Assembly (NCBI GenBank): GCA_964472615.1
Contig: CAYYLN010000002.1
Span: 1-24,396, forward strand
Source: an uncultured Methanosarcinales archaeon
GTDB taxonomy: Archaea; Nanobdellota; Nanobdellia; Woesearchaeales; ARS49
Direction of reading: 5' to 3'
DNA length: 24,396 bases
The position numbers and the translations under genes are program-made. Positions 14,241 to 21,437 of the stretch are shown here, in pieces. Numbering within the stretch: position 1 is the stretch's first letter; each line of letters begins with the position of its first letter. Under the pieces are notes generated by a model, which was not told the DNA's origin, did no database searches, and saw only the letters and a list, made by a program, of their open reading frames with translations.

Positions 14241-14270
14241 TTTTTTCTTCTTTTTTATTTGATTTTTTAT
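14241..14270 (+). terminator. Oligo(T) archaeal terminator
   Basis: TTTTTTCTTCTTTTTTATTTGATTTTTTAT directly after the stop at 14234. Confidence 0.7.
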
Positions 14271-14355
14271 GACCACTCCATTCATGACTCCTCCCGAGTG
14301 AGCAATAAATCTTTTAATACTTCCTGTCAGCGAGTGCATAAAAGAGGTTTGTTTG

Positions 14356-16179
14356 ATGAAGAGCATTATCACCTTGTTTGTCATACTCATTCTTTCCTTG
14401 TCTTTAGTCACTGCAATCGAGATCAGCAAATCAGTCATCAGTCAAATAAAACCAGTCAGCACCAAGATTGTGCCAAAACTCATCCCACTCCAGACTTGTG
14501 CGCGTGACGGACAACGCGCAGAAGATTATGGCGGGCGTTGTTGCGAAGGACTCAGCCAAGTGCGTGGCACGTGCTATCCTGGCCCAGACTGCGCCATCAC
14601 AGGACAACGCGCAGTAGACTTTCCGGAAGGATGCTGCGAAGACCTCGTTGCCAACCCCCAAGGAACCTGTGAATGGCGTTGCGCACGCCAAGGAGAAAGC
14701 TCCTACGGCTCAATCACGTGCTGCCAAGGGCTGTATCGCGACCCCAATCACATCTGCAGATCCTGCGCACCAGAAAACCAACGAGCAGCAGACTACGGAA
14801 ACATTTGCTGTGCTGGACTTACGAATCAAGGAGGCATTTGCACCAGACAACAACGTTGTGCTGGTGCTGGTTTGAATGCGGCAGTGTATGGTGGTGGGCG
14901 ATGTTGTGAGGGCTTAGTGTTGGTGGGTGGTGTGTGTAATGTTCCTCAAGAGCCCCCTGCAGAACGTTGTGCTGGTGCTGGTTTGAATGCGGCAGTGTAT
15001 GGTGGTGGGCGATGTTGTGAGGGCTTAGTGTTGGTGGGTGGTGTGTGTAATGTTCCTCAAGAGCCCCCTGCAGAACGTTGTGCTGGTGCTGGTCTGAGCG
15101 CGGTGGTGTATGGTGACGGACGATGCTGTGAAGGCCTGGTATTAGTTGGCGGCATTTGCAATGTTCCACGTGAAGAAGAACAATGCGTAGCTGAGGGTGA
15201 AGCACGAGGGTTCTGGGACATTATATTTGGACGACAGTGCTGTTCAGGTTTAGAACTCAGAGAAGGGGTTTGTCGTCGACCAGGCGAAGAGCGTTGTGCT
15301 GGTGCTGGTCTGAGCGCGGCAGTGTATGGTGACGGACGATGCTGTGAAGGCCTGGTATTAGTTGGTGGTCTCTGTAATGTTCCTCGTGGTGAAGAGCGCT
15401 GTGCTGGTGCTGGATTACGCGCAGACCTTTCTGGCGGTCGCTGTTGTGAGGGCTTGATTTTGCAAGGCGGTTTGTGTAATGTTCCTCGTGGTGAAGAACG
15501 CTGTGCAGGACCTGGCCTTCGCGCTGATGTGTATGGTGACGGACGATGCTGCGAAGGCCTTGTGCTCGTTGGTGGTCTTTGTAATGTCCCTCGCGGCGAA
15601 ATTCCACCAGCAGAAGAAGTCCCACCTGAAGAAATTCCTCCTGCAGCATGTGATGCCTGTGGTGAAATCGGAGGCCTCAGAACAGAAATAACTGAAATCA
15701 CGAGCACCATTGCAAATCTTCAACGCCAACTCAACATTTTGCTTTCCTTGCGATGCGCAGGCCCTGGCCTCAAGCCAGACCCGTACACTGGCCGCTGCTG
15801 CCAAGGACTCATCCTCATCAAGGGCATCTGCAATGTCCCGCCTGCAAAAGCACCTGATACGCAATGCGCAGGCGAGGGCCTGCGAGCAGACATGTATGAG
15901 GGAACGTGTTGCGAAAACCTCATAGAAGTCGGAGGCATTTGCCGCAAGCCAACCAAGCCAGAATGCGCAGGACCAGGACTCAAAGCAACAGAACGAGGCA
16001 AGCGCTGCTGCCTTGGGCTTGTCCTTCGAGGAGACACGTGCGTGCTCCCGCCTTCACCTGCAGACTACTTGGGCCAATGCGCAACCGAAGGCCTCCGGGC
16101 AGACATGTACGGCGAACGCTGTTGCGGAGACCTTGTTGAAATCCAAGGCATTTGCCGTGCACTACCCCTCTTGGGGTGA
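14356..16179 (+). CDS. Secreted Cys-rich repeat protein (607 aa, 15 C-x12..17-CC-x9..10-C modules plus a CxxC/coiled-coil segment)
   Basis: Signal MKSIITLFVILILSLSLVTA; module consensus CAGxGLxAxxYGxGRCCEGLxLxGGxC. ATG 14356 preferred over TTG 14353; AGAGGT upstream. Confidence 0.85.
   Translation: MKSIITLFVILILSLSLVTAIEISKSVISQIKPVSTKIVPKLIPLQTCARDGQRAEDYGGRCCEGLSQVRGTCYPGPDCAITGQRAVDFPEGCCEDLVANPQGTCEWRCARQGESSYGSITCCQGLYRDPNHICRSCAPENQRAADYGNICCAGLTNQGGICTRQQRCAGAGLNAAVYGGGRCCEGLVLVGGVCNVPQEPPAERCAGAGLNAAVYGGGRCCEGLVLVGGVCNVPQEPPAERCAGAGLSAVVYGDGRCCEGLVLVGGICNVPREEEQCVAEGEARGFWDIIFGRQCCSGLELREGVCRRPGEERCAGAGLSAAVYGDGRCCEGLVLVGGLCNVPRGEERCAGAGLRADLSGGRCCEGLILQGGLCNVPRGEERCAGPGLRADVYGDGRCCEGLVLVGGLCNVPRGEIPPAEEVPPEEIPPAACDACGEIGGLRTEITEITSTIANLQRQLNILLSLRCAGPGLKPDPYTGRCCQGLILIKGICNVPPAKAPDTQCAGEGLRADMYEGTCCENLIEVGGICRKPTKPECAGPGLKATERGKRCCLGLVLRGDTCVLPPSPADYLGQCATEGLRADMYGERCCGDLVEIQGICRALPLLG
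14852..15093 (+). repeat. Perfect intragenic tandem repeat, 111-bp unit (37 aa), ~2.2 copies
   Basis: Unit starts AACGTTGTGCTGGTGCTGGT at 14852, 14963 and 15074; units 1 and 2 are identical by inspection. More diverged copies continue to ~15600. Confidence 0.9.
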
Positions 16180-16234
16180 ACAGCAACATTCTTAAATATC
16201 CTCTTCTTGTGCATCTGAAAGGGAGAGTGATCCT

Positions 16235-16879
16235 ATGCCATTTGAAGCAAAAAACTATGACTCATTGTTGGGATTGCAAGGATTTTCTGACCAATTACTG
16301 AAGAATCACTTTACGCTCTATCAAGGCTATGTGACGAACACAAACAAGCTTGCCGATGCTCTTGCCGCGATGCTCAAAGAAGGCAAGCAGGCAACCCCTG
16401 AATTTGCAGAGCTCAAGCGACGCTTTGGCTGGGAATTCAACGGCATGCGGCTGCACGAGCTCTACTTTGGCAACCTGTCGCCGACCAGCAGGTCGGCGAG
16501 CATGCTCGGAAATCAGCAGATTTCCGACATCGCCAAGGGAGACAAGGCAATGCCTGAATCGCTGAAGAAGCAACTCGCCAAGGACTTTGGCAGCGTCGAA
16601 AACTGGGAAAAGGATATGAAAGCCATCTGCGCCATGCGCGGCATCGGTTGGGCAGTCCTGTATTACGACATCGGTAACAAGCGTCTCATCAATGTCTGGA
16701 TCAATGAGCACGATGTCGGCCACCTGACCACATGCGCGCCCATCCTGGTCATCGACGTCTTCGAACACGCGTTCATGATCGACTACGGCATCAAGCGCGC
16801 GGAGTACATCGAGGCACTGTGGAAAGTCCTCAATTGGGAAGAAGCAGAACGACGGCTGAAGCTCGTCGGGTTCAAGTAA
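16235..16879 (+). CDS. sod: Fe/Mn superoxide dismutase (214 aa)
   Basis: Metal ligands in NHFTLYQGYV, EFNGMRLHELYF and DVFEHAFMIDYG. Confidence 0.93.
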   Translation: MPFEAKNYDSLLGLQGFSDQLLKNHFTLYQGYVTNTNKLADALAAMLKEGKQATPEFAELKRRFGWEFNGMRLHELYFGNLSPTSRSASMLGNQQISDIAKGDKAMPESLKKQLAKDFGSVENWEKDMKAICAMRGIGWAVLYYDIGNKRLINVWINEHDVGHLTTCAPILVIDVFEHAFMIDYGIKRAEYIEALWKVLNWEEAERRLKLVGFK

Positions 16880-16936
16880 TCGCCACTGGGCTCGTAACCG
16901 TAAGCTTTATATACTATTGCTTCTTATATAGTTGCT

Positions 16937-17155
16937 ATGGCGACAACCATTCAAATCAGCGAAGAACTGCGCAAACAACTCCAAGAGCGCAAGCTCTATG
17001 AGAAAGAAAGCTATGAAGAGGTCATTCGCGACCTTATTGAGGATACTCTTGAACTGAACGAGCAAACGAAGAAGGAAATGGCGCAATCTCGTGCAGAGAT
17101 CAAAGCCGGAAAATTCCTCACACTTGAACAAGTCAAAAAGAAATACGGGCTATAA
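16937..17155 (+). CDS. Putative antitoxin (RelB-like, N-terminal ribbon-helix-helix, 72 aa)
   Basis: MATTIQISEELRKQL...ESYEEVIRDLIED...GKFLTLEQVKKKYGL. Abuts a RelE-like toxin. TTTATATA 16906-16913 at leaderless spacing. Confidence 0.8.
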   Translation: MATTIQISEELRKQLQERKLYEKESYEEVIRDLIEDTLELNEQTKKEMAQSRAEIKAGKFLTLEQVKKKYGL

Positions 17156-17404
17156 ATGTACGACGTCGTCTTCTCGGAGCTTGCCGACAAACAATTCGGA
17201 AATCTCGACCGTGTTATGAAAGAACGTATCAAATCTGTGCTTGAACGCATCCGCATCCGTCCCGAATCCTATGTCAAGAAACTCGTTGGAGAGCAAGGGC
17301 ATAGTTTGCGCGTTGGTGACTACCGTCTCATACTCGACATCGATCAGGGAAAACTGAGCATACTCGTCATCAAGATAGGACATCGAAGCACGATTTACGA
17401 TTGA
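17156..17404 (+). CDS. relE: RelE/ParE family toxin (82 aa)
   Basis: MYDVVFS..A.KQF..LD...KERI, LRVGDYRLI, VIKIGHRSTIY. ATG immediately follows the antitoxin stop. Confidence 0.88.
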   Translation: MYDVVFSELADKQFGNLDRVMKERIKSVLERIRIRPESYVKKLVGEQGHSLRVGDYRLILDIDQGKLSILVIKIGHRSTIYD

Positions 17405-17413
17405 GGTGATCGA

Positions 17414-17620
17414 ATGATGAAAACAGTCTACGTCTGCGAAGGCAGCTGCAAGGGCATTGCCACCGAAGAGCAATGGAACGCCGGCGCTAAGAGATGCAGC
17501 GCCAAGAACTGTGACCTCTTCCAGAAATACCTGCAGAAGCGCAGCAAGTGCGAGAAATGTGGCGCGATCTTCATGCCTGCAGAGAAGCACATCTGCGTTG
17601 GCGGGAAAAGTTGTTGCTAA
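17414..17620 (+). CDS. Small Cys-rich, probably Zn-binding protein (68 aa)
   Basis: CEGSC, CSAKNC, CEKC, HIC, terminal CC; SD GAGGTGA overlapping the relE stop. Confidence 0.7.
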   Translation: MMKTVYVCEGSCKGIATEEQWNAGAKRCSAKNCDLFQKYLQKRSKCEKCGAIFMPAEKHICVGGKSCC

Positions 17621-17679
17621 ATAGTAGTAAATCATTATTTATCTTCTCTATTTAAAATAATTCTTTTTCCTTGAAACAT

Positions 17680-17725
17680 CGCCGAAACTCGTTTCGGCGG
17701 GCTTCGGGGAACTGCGTTCCTCGAA
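17680..17725. repeat. Two adjacent palindromes upstream of the RNR promoter
   Basis: CGCCGAAAC-TC-GTTTCGGCG (17680-17699) and TTCGGGGAAC-TGC-GTTCCTCGAA (17703-17725); GAAACAT at 17673 and 17723. Confidence 0.65.
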
Positions 17726-17776
17726 ACATTTAAATAAAAACAATCATTGACTTTTGCATTGGAAAAGGGGTAAAAC

Positions 17777-19853
17777 ATGCCTAAAATCATCCAGATACGG
17801 AAAAAAGAAGGTTCTCTCGTGCCTTTTGAAGCCCCAAAGCTCGAAAAATCGCTCGAAAACGCCCTGATCTCTGCCCGGCACAAGAACCCTAAGATCGCCA
17901 AAAAACTTGCTGGCATGGTCATTAACATCCTTGAAAAACACATTCCCAAAGGCATCGTGTCTACGGTCAAGGATGTTCAGGATGTCATCATCGAGGTCCT
18001 GCAGAAGAACAAGCTCCCCCAGATCGCCAAGGCGTATGTCGAACACCGCAAGATTCACAAGGAAGCAGTCGGCTTCAGGACCGTGTACGGTGTCCGTGAT
18101 GACCTGGGCATGAGCACCAACGCTATCATTGTCCTCGCAAAACGCTACCTGCTCAAAAACGATCAAGGCGTAATCATTGAAACCCCTGCGCGGCTATTCC
18201 GCAGGGTTGCAAAAGCGCTCGCCTCAGTCGAGGCAGTGTACGGCAAGAGCGTCAGAAAGGCCGAAGAAGAATTCTATGATCTCATGGCAAACCTCTCCTT
18301 CCTTCCCAACACACCAACACTCATGAACGCAGGCACGCCTCTTGGGCAGCTCTCTGCCTGTTTTGTACTCCCTGTCGAAGACGATTTGCGACAGATCTTC
18401 CACACGCTCGAGAACCAGATGCTCATCCACCAAAGCGGCGGCGGCACAGGATTTTCCTTTGGTCGCCTAAGGCCCCAAGGCGACCTTGTGCGCTCAACGC
18501 AAGGCGTTGCTTCCGGCCCGGTAAGCTTCATGACCATTTATGACAAGGCAACCGAGGTCATCAAGCAGGGCGGCAAGCGCCGGGGGGCCAACATGGGCAT
18601 CCTGCCTGTCGAGCACCCCGACATCGAGGAATTCATCAACGCCAAGCGCAAGCCAGGAATGCTCGAGAACTTCAACGTCTCAGTCTCGATCTCAGACAAG
18701 TTCATGGACGCAGTTGCCAAGGACAAGGAATTCGAACTCATCAACCCGAGAAACAAACAAGCGGTGAAAAAAGTCAAGGCAAGAGGCCTGTGGAACCAGA
18801 TGATCCAATCCGCATGGGAATGCGGCGATCCAGGAATTGTATTCATCGATGAGATCAATCGCAGACAGCCCACGCCCGAAATCGGCATCATCGAGAGCAC
18901 AAATCCCTGCGGCGAAATCCCGTTGCTCCCCTACGAGCCGTGCAACCTTGGCAGCATCAACCTCGCCAAAATGGTCAAGAACGGCAAGATCAACTGGGAA
19001 AAGCTCAAGCACGTGGCCAGAACCGCAACGCACTTCCTCGACAATGTCATCGACGCAAACCGTTGGCCCCTGCCTGAGATTGAACAGATCGCCAAGGCAA
19101 ACCGCAAGATCGGCCTTGGCGTCATGGGCTGGGCAGAATGCCTTGCCCGCTGCGGTATCCGCTACGACTCAGACAAAGCCATTGAGCTCGCGGAAAAAGT
19201 CGCGAAATTCATCCAGGACGAAAGCCGGAAAAAATCAGCCGAGCTCGGCCAGGAACGTGGCAATTTCCCCAATCTGCCCAGAAGCGTCTACGCCAAAAAA
19301 TACAAGACCCTGCGCAATGCGACATGCACGACAGTCGCCCCAACCGGCACGATCAGCATCATCGCAAACGCGACTTCAGGCATCGAGCCCTTCTTTGCGG
19401 TCGCGTTTGTGAGGGACGTCATGGGCGGTACCAAACTCCTCGAGACCAACCCGTATTTCGAACAGCTTGCCAAGGAGCGGGGCTTTTCCAGCAAACAACT
19501 CATGGTCAAGATTGCAAAACAGGGCGGCATCCAGAAAACCCCTGGCATTCCCGCTGACGTGAAGCGTATCTTTGTGACGAGCTTTGACATCAAGCCCGAA
19601 TGGCATGTCAAACACCAAGCCGCCTGGCGACAACGCGGTCAGCAAGACCGTGAATCTGCCTGTGCATGCCAAGCCGCAGGACATTGACAAGATTTACCAG
19701 CTCGCCCACAAGCTCAAATGCAAAGGCATCACGATATTCCGTTACGGCAGCAAGAGAGAACAAGTCCTGTACGTTGGCAAGCAGGCGGCAGAGCACATCA
19801 CCGTCGAGGAAGAATTCGCAGGCGGCTGCCCATCAGGAGTGTGTCCGTTCTGA
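17777..19853 (+). pseudogene. nrdJ: Class II (AdoCbl-dependent) ribonucleotide reductase with N-terminal ATP cone; frameshifted at 19628/19629 (real lesion or assembly error)
   Basis: ATP cone (IRKKEGSLVPFEAPKL), PNTPTLMNAG, LSACFVLP, GGGTG, GKRRGANM, TNPCGEIPL, CNLGSINL, APTGTISI. The C-terminus DNAVSKTVNLP...KGITIFR...GGCPSGVCPF* is in another frame (ORF 19584..19853). Confidence 0.9.
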
Positions 19854-19854
19854 C

Positions 19855-20379
19855 ATGGCAAAGACAAAAGCACCGGTCTATCTCTGGACTGGCCAAGGCT
19901 GGGGAAAGACAACGTCGTCATTAGGAGTTGCCCTGCGCGCGATGGGTCACGGCTACAAGGTCGTCATCGTGCAATTCATGAAAGGCTGGGGTGATGTCGT
20001 GGGAGAATTCAAGATCCGCACCAAGCTCGCGCCCTTGTACGAGATCCACCAATTCGGCCGCAAGGAATGGATCAACCTCAAGAACCCCGCAAAAGTCGAC
20101 AAAGACCTTGCCAAGAAAGCACTTGCATTCGCCAAGAAAAAGGCAAAAGAGAAGCCGTTCCTGCTTGTCCTCGACGAGGTCAATCTTGCCTGTGCCATCG
20201 GGCTGTTGAAGACTGATGATCTTATCGCGTTCCTTGACACGATCCCGCAAGAAGTTCACATCTACCTGACCGGCCGTTATGCACCACCTGCCCTTCTTTG
20301 GAGAGCAGATTACGTCAATGAAATCGTCATGATCAAAGGACCCAAGAAGATCCGCGGCGAGAAAGGCATTGATTACTGA
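19855..20379 (+). CDS. cobO: Cob(I)alamin adenosyltransferase, CobA/CobO/BtuR type (174 aa)
   Basis: YLWTGQGWGKTTSSLGVALRAMGHG, VVIVQFMKG, LVLDEV, LTGRYAP, ADYVNEI. ATG 1 nt after the nrdJ stop. Confidence 0.92.
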   Translation: MAKTKAPVYLWTGQGWGKTTSSLGVALRAMGHGYKVVIVQFMKGWGDVVGEFKIRTKLAPLYEIHQFGRKEWINLKNPAKVDKDLAKKALAFAKKKAKEKPFLLVLDEVNLACAIGLLKTDDLIAFLDTIPQEVHIYLTGRYAPPALLWRADYVNEIVMIKGPKKIRGEKGIDY

Positions 20380-21146
20380 TGGCATCGTACAGGATTTCTT
20401 CGCTCGATGAACGTCGGGGCTTTTATGCGCACGAATTCAATATTCGCGTTCTCGGAGAATGGTTTGCTGGTTCGCTCAGCAGAGTGCCGCAGTTCTTTGC
20501 TGTCGATTTCGGCACGGAAACAAAGCTCAGCACTGACTCAAACAAGATCGGCAAGATCATCGTGCTCCAACCACATCTCTCACTCGGCCAATTGCGCGAA
20601 AAACTCTTCCTGTACGCTCCTGAAGACGCTTATTATGACACGCGCATTTACAAGAACGTCAACGACTGCTTTACCTGCCCAGAACATCCTGGCTTTTGTG
20701 CTGATTGCCCTGAACTCGCTGGCCAAGAACTCGTCTTTGACCTTGATCCAGAGAACATTGATTGCCCCCACTGCGGCAAGAAACAATTCCCGCACTTCTG
20801 CAATTACTGCCTCGGCCTCAGCCTGCAGGCAGGCGCCAAGCTCAGCGATGCCTTGCGTGACATGGGATATCATGCAATACGCTTGGTCTATTCCGGCCGT
20901 GGCTGCCATGTGCACGTCACTGATCCCCACGCCATGAACCTCAGCACTGAAGAACGCGTTCACCTTGCCCGTGATCTCAGACGATTCCCGATGGATTCCT
21001 GGGTCACCACAACCAAGCGACTCATCCGACTGCCGTATTCCTTGCATGCGTTGATCTCACGGATCGCGATGCCGATCACCGAAAATGATGTCCAACGATT
21101 TGATGCAGAAAATGATGCGCGTGTGCTGCCGCGCTTCTTGGGATAA
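20379..21146 (+). CDS. priS: Archaeo-eukaryotic primase (PriS-like) with two Cys clusters (255 aa)
   Basis: Motif I ELVFDLD, motif II YSGRGCHVHV, motif III DSWVT...RLIRLPYSLH; CFTC...CADC and CPHC...CNYC. TGATG overlap with cobO. Confidence 0.85.
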   Translation: MASYRISSLDERRGFYAHEFNIRVLGEWFAGSLSRVPQFFAVDFGTETKLSTDSNKIGKIIVLQPHLSLGQLREKLFLYAPEDAYYDTRIYKNVNDCFTCPEHPGFCADCPELAGQELVFDLDPENIDCPHCGKKQFPHFCNYCLGLSLQAGAKLSDALRDMGYHAIRLVYSGRGCHVHVTDPHAMNLSTEERVHLARDLRRFPMDSWVTTTKRLIRLPYSLHALISRIAMPITENDVQRFDAENDARVLPRFLG

Positions 21147-21338
21147 TTATTCTTCCTCTTCCTTTTCTTCGTGGTGCTCTTCGTCTTCCTCGTCCTTCTG
21201 TTCAACTTCCTTGATCAGTTCGTCGACTTTTTCAGCGCATTCCTCTGCATGCTTTTCAGTCGTGTGCTCGATCTGCTCGAATTCCTTCTGGAGCTCGGGC
21301 TCAGGATGCTTTTTTTTCTTCTTGATGTCTTCCCCCAT
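21147..21338 (-). CDS. Small highly charged protein (63 aa, basic N-terminus, Glu/Asp/His-rich tail)
   Basis: MGEDIKKKKKHPEPELQKEFEQ...EEDEEHHEEKEEEE; ATG 21338 is ~28 nt from TTTATATA (21363-21370). Confidence 0.6.
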   Translation of the reverse strand: MGEDIKKKKKHPEPELQKEFEQIEHTTEKHAEECAEKVDELIKEVEQKDEEDEEHHEEKEEEE

Positions 21339-21437
21339 CGGGTCGGAAACACCCGTACAGAGTATATAAACATTGGTATTCCCCTCAGTCTGTGGGCATT
21401 GCCAAGTTTTATTAACGACGCAGAATTGGCAACACGC

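Noticed and set aside
14852-15093. 111-bp repeats as CRISPR or non-coding satellite
   Set aside because: In-frame (37 codons) within the Cys-rich CDS, with no spacers.
21171-21437. N-terminal 89 aa of the 843-aa ORF as a hydrophobic membrane segment
   Set aside because: It is the antisense of the Glu/Lys-rich small gene and spans the TATA box; the start is more plausibly 21399 or 21438.
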